From Chromatiales bacterium (GTDB taxonomy: Bacteria; Pseudomonadota; Gammaproteobacteria; CAMYNG01), in assembly GCA_026990045.1 (NCBI GenBank), contig JALSIK010000281.1, positions 1 to 58,001 on the forward strand: a stretch of 58,001 nt of DNA, written 5' to 3'. Every line of letters begins with the position of its first letter. The stretch's first letter is position 1. Made by a program: the position numbers and the translations under genes. Under the pieces are notes generated by a model. That model saw only the letters and a program-made list of their open reading frames with translations, made no database searches and was not told where the DNA came from. Of this stretch, positions 7,630 to 16,573 are shown one piece after another.

Positions 7630-9090
7630 GTGAACGACGCCCACGATCTGGAGCTCCTGTTGCGTTCCGGCGTGCCCCTGGTGCAGATGGAGACCCGCCA
7701 GGAGCAGCGGGCGCTGGCGCTGCTGGACTGGCTGCAGGGACCCCTGGGCCTGCCGCTGTACCGCTGGTCCGTGACCGAGGGCCTGGCCCGGGTGGTGGGG
7801 GGGCTGGCCATGGAGGGCGAGCACCGCGAGCCGCCCGAGGTGCTGGCGCGCATCAAGGAGGGCGCCCAGGCGGGCCTGTATGCCCTGCTGGATTTCCATC
7901 CCTACGTGGACGAGCCGGTGCACGTGCGCCTGCTCAAGGACATCGCCATGCGCCACGAGGCCACCCGCCAGGTGCTGGTGTTCATCAGCCACCGCATCGA
8001 GCTGCCCGCGGAACTGTCGGCCTGGACCGCGCGTTTCCGGTTGAGCCTGCCCGGGCGCGAGGAACGCCTGCGCATCGTGCGCGAGGTGGCCCGGGAGTGG
8101 AAGCAGGCCCATCCCGGGCGCAAGGTGAAGGCCGAGGCCGGGGCCCTGGACGCCCTGGTGGACAACCTGGCCGGGCTCACGCCGGCCGAGGTGCGGCGGC
8201 TGGCGCGGCGGGCCATTTTCGACGACGGTGCCGTGACCGGCGACGATGTGCCGGCCGTGGCCGAGGCCAAGCACCGGCTGCTGAACCGCGCCGGCGTGCT
8301 GGGCTACGTGTTCGCCACCGAGCGGTTCTCGGACATCGCCGGGCTGGCGGCGCTCAAGCGCTGGCTGGAGCTGCGGCACGAGGCCTTCCGCCGCGGCGAG
8401 GGCCCGGACCTGCCGCGCGGCATTCTGCTGCTGGGCGTGCAGGGCTGCGGCAAGAGCCTGGCGGCCAAGGCGGTGGCGGGGACCTGGGGCGTGCCGCTGC
8501 TGTCGCTGGACATGGGCGCGCTCTACAACAAGTACCACGGCGAGACCGAGCGCAACGTGCGCGAGGCCCTGGCCACCGCCGAGGCCATGGCGCCGTGCGT
8601 GCTGTGGATCGACGAGATCGAGAAGGGCGTGGCCCACGGCGGCGAGGACGGCGGCACCTCGCGCCGGGTGCTGGCGACCCTGCTCACCTGGATGGCCGAG
8701 CGGCGGGCGCCGGTGTTCCTGGTGGCCACCGCCAACGACATCTCGGCCCTGCCGCCGGAGCTGGTGCGCAAGGGCCGTTTCGACGAGATCTTCTTCGTCG
8801 ATCTGCCCGATGCCGCCACCCGCGCCGCCATCTTCGCCATTCACCTGGACAAGCGCGGCCAGGCGCCGGCGCGGTTCAACCTGGAGGAGCTGGCCGCGGC
8901 CACCGAGGGGTTCTCGGGCGCCGAGATCGAACAGGTGGTGGTGGCGGCCCGCTACGCCGGCGGCGAGCGCATCCGCCACCAGGACCTCATGGACGCCGTC
9001 CGCAAGACCCGGCCGCTGTCGCGGGTGATGGCGGAGCACATCGGCCGCCTGCGGGAATGGGGCCGGACCCGCGCCGTGCCGGCGGGCTGA
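7630..9090 (+). CDS. AAA+ ATPase, Ycf46-like (degenerate N-domain plus one active AAA module)
   Basis: Walker A GVQGCGKS, Walker [11 protein letters not shown], ..[31 protein letters not shown].., and GFSGAEIEQ. The overall layout matches Ycf46-type ATPases as I remember them. GTG at 7630 chosen because [22 protein letters not shown] looks like the family N-terminus; the track start is 7558. Confidence 0.85.
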   Translation: MNDAHDLELLLRSGVPLVQMETRQEQRALALLDWLQGPLGLPLYRWSVTEGLARVVGGLAMEGEHREPPEVLARIKEGAQAGLYALLDFHPYVDEPVHVRLLKDIAMRHEATRQVLVFISHRIELPAELSAWTARFRLSLPGREERLRIVREVAREWKQAHPGRKVKAEAGALDALVDNLAGLTPAEVRRLARRAIFDDGAVTGDDVPAVAEAKHRLLNRAGVLGYVFATERFSDIAGLAALKRWLELRHEAFRRGEGPDLPRGILLLGVQGCGKSLAAKAVAGTWGVPLLSLDMGALYNKYHGETERNVREALATAEAMAPCVLWIDEIEKGVAHGGEDGGTSRRVLATLLTWMAERRAPVFLVATANDISALPPELVRKGRFDEIFFVDLPDAATRAAIFAIHLDKRGQAPARFNLEELAAATEGFSGAEIEQVVVAARYAGGERIRHQDLMDAVRKTRPLSRVMAEHIGRLREWGRTRAVPAG

Positions 9091-9186
9091 AGGTGCGGCC
9101 TTATCAACCTGTTGAAAAACAGCCTGCTAAGGCGGGGCAGGGGTGCCCCGCCCGCGAATCTAGCGTGTAAACGCTTGATTCGGCGC

Positions 9187-9217
9187 GTTGAAAAAGGCCA
9201 GGACGGCCTTTTTCAAC
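9187..9217. repeat. perfect 13-bp-stem palindrome GTTGAAAAAGGCC-N5-GGCCTTTTTCAAC (possible bidirectional terminator or REP)
   Basis: Read directly. Lies in the convergent gap between the AAA ATPase and the rhodanese. A second hairpin, GGCGGGGCA-gggg-TGCCCCGCC, is at 9131-9152. A related ..TGAAAAAGG..CTTTTTC.. element follows rimO at about 25597-25622. Confidence 0.5.
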
Positions 9218-9223
9218 ATCCTG

Positions 9224-10105
9224 TTAGCGCGGCTGCATGCCCCGCACCAGGGGCAGGTCCTTGCGCTGGCCGTACTCCAGCATGGAGCCGTCGTAGACCT
9301 TGACCTTGCCGAAGCCCAGCCGGCGCAGGGTGAGCCAGGCACGGGTGGCGCGGTGACCCGAGCGGCAGTAGACGATGACCTCGCGGCCGGGGTCGCCCAG
9401 GCCCGCGGCGGCCAGCCGCTTGCGCAGCGTCTCCACCGGCTTCACGACGAAGCCGCGGTCGAAGTCCACCGCCTCGTCCCAGGGAAACCACCGTGCACCG
9501 GGCAGGTGGCCGGTGCGCGGCGCCCGCGGGTGGCCGGCGTATTCCTCGCGGCTGCGCACGTCGAGCAGGACCGCGCCGCCGGTCGTCGTGGCCGCGCGCA
9601 CCGCCTCCAGCCCGGCCACGGTGTCCGCCGCGGCCCGGGCCGGCGCCGGGTAGCGGGCGGGCTCGAACTTCGGCACGTCATTGGTCACCGGCCGGCCTTC
9701 CAGGATCCACTTGACCAGGCCGCCGTCCACCAGGGAGCGGCGGGCGTGGCCCAGCCGCTCCAGCTCCCACAGCAGGCGCGCCGCGTTGAGCCCGCCCAGG
9801 TCGTCGTAGACCACCACGTGGTGCGAAGGCGAGATCCCCAGGCGGCCCAGGACCCGTGCCACGCCGGCCGGCCCGATGGAGAGGCTCACCCCGCTGCGGG
9901 TGCGGCGGTTGAGGGCACCGTAGGGGAGGTGCCGGGCACCGGGGACATGGAACCGGCGGTACTGGAGGTCGTCGGACATGTCCACCACCACCACGCCGGG
10001 GTCGCGGTAGTGCTCGGCGAGCCAGGCGGTGTCCACCACCAGCGGCGTGGCCGCGGCGGCGGCGGGCAGCAGGAGCATGAGCAGGAACAGGTGCAACCGG
10101 TTCAT
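9224..10105 (-). CDS. periplasmic two-domain rhodanese (thiosulfate/3-mercaptopyruvate sulfurtransferase-like)
   Basis: Signal peptide MNRLHLFLLMLLLPAAAAA. Two rhodanese modules, with the active-site loop CRSGHRA in the second. Confidence 0.85.
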   Translation of the reverse strand: MNRLHLFLLMLLLPAAAAATPLVVDTAWLAEHYRDPGVVVVDMSDDLQYRRFHVPGARHLPYGALNRRTRSGVSLSIGPAGVARVLGRLGISPSHHVVVYDDLGGLNAARLLWELERLGHARRSLVDGGLVKWILEGRPVTNDVPKFEPARYPAPARAAADTVAGLEAVRAATTTGGAVLLDVRSREEYAGHPRAPRTGHLPGARWFPWDEAVDFDRGFVVKPVETLRKRLAAAGLGDPGREVIVYCRSGHRATRAWLTLRRLGFGKVKVYDGSMLEYGQRKDLPLVRGMQPR

Positions 10106-10287
10106 GGGACCTCCCGTGGTCGTGATTTCGGCTCCGCTGGTGCCGCCGTTACTTGCCACGGCCGCGGCGGCGCGGCTAGTCTTGGGCTGGCAGGCGGGCG
10201 CAAACCGGCCTGCCGGCGCGACGAACGAGGTCAGGATGGCGTCGGGACGCATCCTGCCACGGCCTCCGGGGGAGGCGGGAACAGAGT

Positions 10288-11712
10288 ATGGCCCAGGTGA
10301 CCTGCAAATACCATCCGGAGCGCCCGGCGGTGTGGCACTGCGAGTCCTGCCGCATCCATTTCTGCCTGGCCTGCGTCACCAGCCCGGACCGGGAGGCGGA
10401 TCCGGTCTGCCCGGTGTGCAGCCGGACGCTGGCGCGGCTGGGGGCCAGTAATCTCATCAAGCCCTTCTGGCAGGACATCTGGCGGTTCTACCGTTATCCC
10501 CTGGCCCCGGCGCCCCTGGTGTTCATGGTGGCGCTGGCGGCGATCAATGCAGCGGTGGGGTGGCTGCTGCCGGCCATCGAGTTCATCGTGCCCATCCTGC
10601 TGGTCATCGTGTTCATCAAGTACGCCTACGTGGCCCTGGAACAGACCGCGCAAGGCCACATGGCCCCGCCGCCGGTGGACGTGGACACCCTCACCGACGA
10701 GCTGGAGCTGCCGTTCAAGCAGATCTTCCTGGTCTTCGCCCTGTTCACCGCCAACATGCTGGCCTACGACGCCGGCGGGGTGACGGCCTTCGCCCCGGTG
10801 CTGGTGCTGTCGGTGCTGGCGTTGCCGGCCGGCGTCATGATCCTGGCCACCGAGCACAGCTTCCTGCACGCCCTCAACCCGCTGACCCTGTGGCGGTTCA
10901 CCCGCGCCATGGGGTCGCCGTACCTGATCCTGTGCGGTTTCCTGCTCCTGCTGCTGGCCGCCTTTGCCACTGCCGCCGAGATCATGATGCGCTTCGCGCC
11001 GCCGGTGCTCACCACCTTCATGATCTCGCTGCTGGCCATGTACTTCCTGCTCATCATGTTTCACCTCATGGGCTATGCCATCTACCAGTACCACGAGGAC
11101 CTCAGCTACGAGGTGGTGGTGGCGGCGCACGAGCAGGAGGAGGCGGGGGACGCCGAGCCGGCCAATCCGGTCCTGGCCCAGGTGGAGATCCTGCTCAGCG
11201 AGGGGCGCATGGAAGCGGCAGCAGAGCGGCTCGCCGAGCTGGCCCGGCAGGCGCCCGGGGATCTCGACGTGCGCGAGCGTTACCACCGCCTGCTGCTGGC
11301 GCGCGGAGACGCCGCCGCCCTGACCGCCCACGCCGAGGACTACCTGGCCCGGCTGCTGCGCGAGCGCCGTGCCGCCCAGGCCATCACGGCGTACATGGAC
11401 TGCCAGCGCCTGGATCCGCAGTGGCGCCCGGATGACGCCCGCGTGCGCATCCAGCTCGCGCAGCTCCTGCGCCACGGCAGCCACGGGCGCGTGGCCCTGC
11501 GGCTGCTCAACCAGTTCCACCGCGATTTTCCGCGCCACCCGCTCATTCCCGAGGCCTACCTGCTGGCGGCCCAGATCATGTGCGAGAACTTCGGCGAGGA
11601 CGACAAGGCGCGCCAGATCCTCGGGTTCCTGCAGCAGCACCATGCCGACAGCCCGCACATGGCCGAGGTCCGGCGCTACCTCCAGGTCATCGACAAGGTG
11701 CGCCAGGCCTGA
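10288..11712 (+). CDS. zinc-ribbon / multi-pass membrane / TPR-like protein
   Basis: N-terminal Cys clusters CKYH..HCESC..CLAC..CPVC, about six hydrophobic segments, and a C-terminal helical-repeat region. Confidence 0.7.
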   Translation: MAQVTCKYHPERPAVWHCESCRIHFCLACVTSPDREADPVCPVCSRTLARLGASNLIKPFWQDIWRFYRYPLAPAPLVFMVALAAINAAVGWLLPAIEFIVPILLVIVFIKYAYVALEQTAQGHMAPPPVDVDTLTDELELPFKQIFLVFALFTANMLAYDAGGVTAFAPVLVLSVLALPAGVMILATEHSFLHALNPLTLWRFTRAMGSPYLILCGFLLLLLAAFATAAEIMMRFAPPVLTTFMISLLAMYFLLIMFHLMGYAIYQYHEDLSYEVVVAAHEQEEAGDAEPANPVLAQVEILLSEGRMEAAAERLAELARQAPGDLDVRERYHRLLLARGDAAALTAHAEDYLARLLRERRAAQAITAYMDCQRLDPQWRPDDARVRIQLAQLLRHGSHGRVALRLLNQFHRDFPRHPLIPEAYLLAAQIMCENFGEDDKARQILGFLQQHHADSPHMAEVRRYLQVIDKVRQA

Positions 11713-11735
11713 ACGGCCGGGGGCGGCGGCCCGCG

Positions 11736-13205
11736 TCAGAAGCGGGCGTGGCGCAGCTGTCGTGCGGCCTCGCTGTCGGGGAACCGGGCCTGCAGCAGCT
11801 CCACCAGTTCCCGGGCGCGGGCGGCATTGCCGGCGCGGGCAAAGGCCTTGACCAGGGCCGCCACGGCCTCCGGCAGGCCGGCCGGGGCCGGGGTGTGGTC
11901 CAGCAGGTGGGCGAGGATGGCCTCGGCCGATTCCAGCCAGCCGCAGGCGAGAAACCGGCGCATGAGCCTCACGGCCCGCTCGTCCGCCGGCAGGGCCCCG
12001 GGGGCGTAGCGCTGCAGGTCCTGGAACACGCGGTGCATGAGGTTCACCGTGTTGTCGTCGTCCTGCTCCAGCTCCAGCACCGCCCGGGCCGCGCGGCGGA
12101 ACTCCTCGCTCTGCGGCTGCAGCTTGGCCAGGTTGAAGCGCTGGGCCAGCACCTCGGGGTGGCCGGGCCAGCGATGGGCCAGGGCCCCAAGCAGGGCCCG
12201 GGCCTGGTCCAGCTCCAGCCGCGCCACGTGCCGGCGCACGGTGTCCAGCCCTTCGCGCAGGGCCTGGTGGGCGGGGGCGGTGTCCAGGTGCTGCAGGGTG
12301 ACCAGCCCGGGCAGGCGCAGGGCCAGCAGGCCCGCGGCGGCACCCGTGAGCAGGCCGCCCACGTGGGCCAGGTTGTTCATCTGGCTCAGGCCCAGCAGGT
12401 AGTCGGCCGCCTCGTAGGCCAGCCACACCGGGAGCACGAGGATCGCCGGCGCAGTGACCGAATCGAAGTACACCAGCAGGAAATAGAAAAAGCGCACCTT
12501 GCGCAGCCCGAACAGGGCCAGGTAGGCCCCGGCCAGGCCGGCGATGGCGCCCGAGGCCCCCACCCCCCAGCGGGCGCTGCCCGGCTCCAGCAGGACGAAG
12601 AACAGGCCCGAGAGCACCCCGGCGCCCACGAAGGTGGCCAGGGTGGCGGCACGGCCCCAGGTCATCTCCAGGATGAACCCGAAGGTGAACAGGAACAGCA
12701 GGTTGAACAACAGGTGCCAGCCGTCGGCATGGAGAAAAAAGTAGGTCCACAGATCGCCGAAGCTGAAGCGGGCGGGAATCAGGCCGAAGCGGTAGGCCGC
12801 CACCCGTTCCAGCAGGGCCTCGAAGCGCCGGCGCTGCTCGCGCCAGCGGGCGTAGTCCGCCGAACCGGGGCGGATGATGCTGTCGCTGGCCAGTGCCCGC
12901 TGGAAATCGCCGTCGGCCTGCAGGGCATGGAAGGTGGCCACCCGGCCGCGGGCGGGGTCGCGCTGCCACAGTCCGCGCAGGCGGGCGGCGGCCTTGTCGT
13001 GGCCGGTGTGCTCCAGGTACTGAAGGTACCGCGGTAGTTCCAGCGCCGGCAGGTCCGAGCGGAAGTAGAAGACGTAGGCCTCTTTCTCGTAGTAGCGGTC
13101 CTGGCCCTGGGCCAGCACGTACACCGCCGCCAGCACCAGCATCAGGAGCAGGGTCACCAGCGGCGGGTCGCGCCAGTCGGGCCGCTTGTGCAAGGGAATG
13201 ATCAT
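11736..13205 (-). CDS. rhomboid-family intramembrane serine protease with C-terminal TPR-like extension
   Basis: ATG at 13205 (MIIPLHK..). Rhomboid signatures HLLFNLLFL, GASGAIAGL (catalytic Ser) and HVGGLLTG (catalytic His), followed by a ~180-aa helical tail. Confidence 0.8.
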   Translation of the reverse strand: MIIPLHKRPDWRDPPLVTLLLMLVLAAVYVLAQGQDRYYEKEAYVFYFRSDLPALELPRYLQYLEHTGHDKAAARLRGLWQRDPARGRVATFHALQADGDFQRALASDSIIRPGSADYARWREQRRRFEALLERVAAYRFGLIPARFSFGDLWTYFFLHADGWHLLFNLLFLFTFGFILEMTWGRAATLATFVGAGVLSGLFFVLLEPGSARWGVGASGAIAGLAGAYLALFGLRKVRFFYFLLVYFDSVTAPAILVLPVWLAYEAADYLLGLSQMNNLAHVGGLLTGAAAGLLALRLPGLVTLQHLDTAPAHQALREGLDTVRRHVARLELDQARALLGALAHRWPGHPEVLAQRFNLAKLQPQSEEFRRAARAVLELEQDDDNTVNLMHRVFQDLQRYAPGALPADERAVRLMRRFLACGWLESAEAILAHLLDHTPAPAGLPEAVAALVKAFARAGNAARARELVELLQARFPDSEAARQLRHARF

Positions 13206-13293
13206 CTCACCCGGTGAAGCATAGCGCGGGACCGGCGGCAACGGAGACCCCGAGCCCGCCCGCGACGGCCGTACCGCTGCCCGATGCACGATT

Positions 13294-13309
13294 TGTGACA
13301 GGTTTCACA
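13294..13309. promoter_or_regulatory. perfect CRP/Vfr-type palindrome TGTGA-caggtt-TCACA
   Basis: Read directly. Lies in the divergent region, 89 nt from the rhomboid start and 108 nt from the cNMP-protein start. Confidence 0.6.
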
Positions 13310-13416
13310 CTTGGCGGCTGTCGGTTTCCGCGCACGGGACGACATTGTGGGCTAGAGTGAATGCGGTGGGGCCGGACGCCCCACCCGCACTTTTCCGAGG
13401 AGGGCCCGGGGAAATC

Positions 13417-14343
13417 ATGGCCGAACATGCCGGAGCTGCCCTTGCCGGGGGCGAGATGAGCGGGGCCGGGGTGCCTTTCGGCCATCTGTTGTCCGCCGAG
13501 GATCGCCGCCGTCTCATGGCCGCCGGCCGCGTGCGCAGCGTGGCGGCGGGGGCGACCCTGTGCCGCCGCAACGAGGTGGACGGGCGCGCGTTCATCATCG
13601 TCCTCGGCGAGGTGGAGGTGGTGGAGCAGGCGGGCGGCCGGCGGACGGTGCTGGCCCGGCTGCGCCGGGGCGAGCTGTTCGGCGAGATCGCGGCCCTGTT
13701 CGGCCTTCCCCGGGTGACCGACGTGGTGGTGAGCCGCCCCGCGGTGCTGCTGGAAATCGACGGCCGCGCCCTGGACGAGCTCATCATCGCCCGCAGCCGG
13801 TTGCGCCACGCCATCATGCAGCGCTGCCGCCACCGGATCACGGCCACGGCGCTGCGGACCGTGGCCCCGTTCCGGGACCTGCCGCCCCCCGCCCGCGAGC
13901 GGCTGGCGGCCGGTGCGGCCTGGGTCACCTTCGCGCCCGGTCGTGACATCGTCCGCGAAGGGGAGGCGGGGGATGGACTTTACGTCATGTTGTTCGGGGC
14001 CGCCCGGGTCACGGTCCCCGGCCCGGAGGCGCCGGTGAACCTGGCCCTGCTGCGCCCCGGCGAGTACTTCGGCGAATGGGCGGTGCTCACCGGCGCGCCG
14101 CGCGCGGCCACGGTGACGGCCGTCACCCAGGTGGAGGCGCTGCGGGTGGAGCGCGAGACGTTCCTCGCCCTGGCCGACGAGCATCCCGAGGTGAAGATGC
14201 AGGTGGAGGCCCTGTGCCGGCGCCGGCACGAGGCACTGCTCTACAGCGGCCGCCATCCGGGCGCCGCGCGCACCGCGCACCGGCTCCTGGCCAGCATCGA
14301 GCAGGTGGTGTCGGGGCAGCGCCGCCACCTGTACGGCCTGTAG
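13417..14343 (+). CDS. protein with two cyclic-nucleotide-binding (CAP-effector) domains
   Basis: Two copies of the cNMP-binding pattern (..RRGELFGEIAALFGLPRVTDVV.. and ..RPGEYFGEWAVLTGAPRAATVTA..). No DNA-binding or catalytic domain is evident. Confidence 0.8.
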   Translation: MAEHAGAALAGGEMSGAGVPFGHLLSAEDRRRLMAAGRVRSVAAGATLCRRNEVDGRAFIIVLGEVEVVEQAGGRRTVLARLRRGELFGEIAALFGLPRVTDVVVSRPAVLLEIDGRALDELIIARSRLRHAIMQRCRHRITATALRTVAPFRDLPPPARERLAAGAAWVTFAPGRDIVREGEAGDGLYVMLFGAARVTVPGPEAPVNLALLRPGEYFGEWAVLTGAPRAATVTAVTQVEALRVERETFLALADEHPEVKMQVEALCRRRHEALLYSGRHPGAARTAHRLLASIEQVVSGQRRHLYGL

Positions 14344-14470
14344 CGCCGATTCCTTCGCTTTATCTTTTCCCGTGCCCGTGCTTCACTGGCGCCGGCGCCC
14401 CGGGCGCGGTATAACAGGCGCGCGGCATGCACCATGCCGCCGAGACAGTCCACAGGGGAGGTTTGCCGCC

Positions 14471-14887
14471 ATGTCCATGCTTCGTCATTCCGGTCCCGTT
14501 GCATACTTCGTTACCGTAATGTTTGCCGTGGCCGCCGTGAGCGGTCCTGCCTCCGCGGCCATGGTGTCCACGCCGCAGCTGATGGAAGCGCGGGAGGCCG
14601 CAATGGATGCCGCCGCCCGGGCGCGCCTGGAGCGGGGGCTGGTGGAGCTGGGCGTGGAGCCGGCGCAGGCCCGCCAGCGCGTGGCGGCCCTCACCGACGC
14701 CGAGGTGGCCGAGCTGGCCGGCCGCCTGGACGAGGCCCCCGCGGGGCAGGGCGACGCCCTGGTGCTCGTGGCCGTGGTGTTCCTGGTCCTGTTGTGGACC
14801 GACATCATGGGCTACACCGACATCTTTCCCTTCGTCAACAAGTCGCCGGACGGCCGCCGCGGGCCGGTGGTCACGCCGCGGAATTGA
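14471..14887 (+). CDS. PA2779-family-like small protein (signal peptide, helical region, C-terminal TM)
   Basis: ATG after AGGGGAGG. MSMLRHSGPVAYFVTVMFAVAAVSGPASA, then ..QARQRVAALTDAEVAELAGRLDEAPAG.. and a TM, ALVLVAVVFLVLLW. Family name is from memory of NCBI naming. Confidence 0.6.
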   Translation: MSMLRHSGPVAYFVTVMFAVAAVSGPASAAMVSTPQLMEAREAAMDAAARARLERGLVELGVEPAQARQRVAALTDAEVAELAGRLDEAPAGQGDALVLVAVVFLVLLWTDIMGYTDIFPFVNKSPDGRRGPVVTPRN

Positions 14888-15858
14888 ACCGGTGCCGGGG
14901 CGCGCGGCGGGCGCGCCCGCTGTACGGGTGGTTCTTGTTGCTGGCGCTGGCGGGCTGCGCTGCGCCGCCCCAGACCGCACGCCTGCTGCAGGAGCCGCCG
15001 CGGGATTTGCCGCCGGCGGTGGAGCTGGCGGCGGCGCCGTTCTTTCCGCAGGAGGATTACCAGTGCGGGCCGGCGGCCCTGGCCACGGTGCTGGGCGCCA
15101 GCGGGCTCGACATCGATCCCGAGGCCCTGGTGCCCCAGGTCTACTTGCCCGCGCGCCGCGGCAGCCTGCAGCTGGAGCTGGTGGCCGCGGCCCGCCGCCA
15201 CGGGCGGCTGGCCTACGTGCTGGGGCCGGATCTCGAGGAGTTGCTGCGGCAGGTGGCCGCGGGACACCCGGTGCTCGTCCTGCAGAACCTGGGCACGGAC
15301 TGGTATCCCGTGTGGCATTTCGCGGTGGTGGTGGGATACGACCTGGCCCGGGGCGAAGTGGTCCTGCGCTCGGGCCGGCGACCGCGGCACCGGGTGGGGC
15401 TGGCCCTGTTCGAGCGCACCTGGGGCCGAGGCGGGCACTTCGCCCTGCTGGTGGTGCGCCCGGGCGACTGGGCGCCGGCGTTCCGCCCCGGCGCCTACGC
15501 GCGGGCAGTGGTGGCGCTGGAGGCCGCGGGCCGATGGGAGGCGGCCCGGGCCGCGTACGCCGCGGGGCTCCGGCGCTGGCCGGGCTCGGTGGTGCTGGGC
15601 ATGGGGCTGGGTAACACGCTCCACGCCCTCGGGCGGCGCGAGGCGGCCGCCGCCGCCTTTCGTGCCCTGCTGCAGCGGCGGCCGGATTATGCCCCGGCCC
15701 ACAACAACCTGGCCCAGGTGCTGCTGGAACTGGGCGAGCTGGCGGCGGCACATGGGCACGCCCGGCGGGCGGTGGCACTGGGCGGTCCCCATGCCGCCGT
15801 TTACCGCGAAACCCTGGACCGGATCGAGACCGCGCTGGCCCGCGCCGGGGGCAGATGA
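14884..15858 (+). CDS. C39-like cysteine peptidase lipoprotein with TPR tail (PA2778-family-like)
   Basis: TTG at 14884 overlaps the upstream stop (ATTGA). Lipobox LALAGC. QCGPAALATVL is typical of the catalytic Cys region of C39/papain-like peptidases, and ..HFAVVVGYD.. fits the His region. C-terminal TPR (..RRPDYAPAHNNLAQVLLELGE..). Confidence 0.7.
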   Translation: MNRCRGARRARPLYGWFLLLALAGCAAPPQTARLLQEPPRDLPPAVELAAAPFFPQEDYQCGPAALATVLGASGLDIDPEALVPQVYLPARRGSLQLELVAAARRHGRLAYVLGPDLEELLRQVAAGHPVLVLQNLGTDWYPVWHFAVVVGYDLARGEVVLRSGRRPRHRVGLALFERTWGRGGHFALLVVRPGDWAPAFRPGAYARAVVALEAAGRWEAARAAYAAGLRRWPGSVVLGMGLGNTLHALGRREAAAAAFRALLQRRPDYAPAHNNLAQVLLELGELAAAHGHARRAVALGGPHAAVYRETLDRIETALARAGGR

Positions 15859-15937
15859 CGGGCGGAGCGGGGCGGGGTATGATGCACGGCGCCCGTGCCC
15901 GTGGCTGCGCCGTTTCACCCCACACGAGGAGACGCCG

Positions 15938-16501
15938 ATGATCGCGAGGCTTGTCACCGTCCTGTTGCCGTTTCTGATCCTGCTGCCGGCCCCGGCCCGG
16001 GCCCAGACCCTGGACATCGCGGTCAGCAGTGACGCCGCTCGCTTGCAGTATGGCAGCGATGTGCTGGGTGGATCACTCGGCCGGCTGGAGGGAACCGGCG
16101 GCCTGCTGTACAACGGTGACGACGACTTCCTGTTCAACCTGGGACTGCAGGTGCGGGGCGAGAACCTGGATGCCCCGGTCCTGGCCGCGCTGGGCCTGCG
16201 GCTGTACGTGGGAGACGCGGGCAACGACAGCGTCACGGGACTGGCGCTGGGCGGGGAACTCACCTTCAGTCCCGATGCGGCCCCGGGACTGGAGTTGGGC
16301 GCGTATCTCTATTTCGCCCCCGATCCGCTGGCCTTTTCCGACATCAGCGGCCTCATCGACTGGGGGGTGCGCGTGGGTTACCAGATCATCCCCCTGTCCA
16401 CGCTGTACGTGGGTTACCAGCGGGTGGCGGTGGACCTGGAACGGGGCGGGGAGTACGAGCTGGATGACAGCGTCGTCGTGGGCCTCCGCCTCGCGTTCTG
16501 A
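15938..16501 (+). CDS. small outer-membrane beta-barrel protein (YfaZ-like)
   Basis: Signal peptide MIARLVTVLLPFLILLPAPARAQ. Alternating hydrophobic pattern and a terminal ..VVGLRLAF (aromatic C-terminus). Confidence 0.5.
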   Translation: MIARLVTVLLPFLILLPAPARAQTLDIAVSSDAARLQYGSDVLGGSLGRLEGTGGLLYNGDDDFLFNLGLQVRGENLDAPVLAALGLRLYVGDAGNDSVTGLALGGELTFSPDAAPGLELGAYLYFAPDPLAFSDISGLIDWGVRVGYQIIPLSTLYVGYQRVAVDLERGGEYELDDSVVVGLRLAF

Positions 16502-16520
16502 GGATGCTCTGCGGCGGCAA

Positions 16521-16553
16521 CGGCCCCGCCCGCGCCGCCCGCGGGCGGGGCCG
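16521..16553. terminator. 14-bp-stem GC hairpin between convergent genes
   Basis: CGGCCCCGCCCGCG-ccgcc-CGCGGGCGGGGCCG, read directly. No clear T-run. Confidence 0.5.
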
Positions 16554-16573
16554 CCGGTCATGTCCCGGGCAGC

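Noticed and set aside
9187-9217. Calling the GTTGAAAAAGGCC..GGCCTTTTTCAAC palindrome a classical intrinsic terminator
   Set aside because: The A and T runs are part of the stem rather than a free 3' U-tract, and a related element occurs after rimO. I therefore list it as a palindromic repeat with possible terminator function.
10231-12969. 912-aa minus-strand ORF, and similar long ORFs (2021..3793, 5251..7215, 14360..15925, 23199..25616, 53080..55677)
   Set aside because: Each overlaps, antisense or off-frame, a gene with a clear domain signature. All are Arg/Pro/Gly-rich with no recognisable motifs and no plausible RBS-start context.
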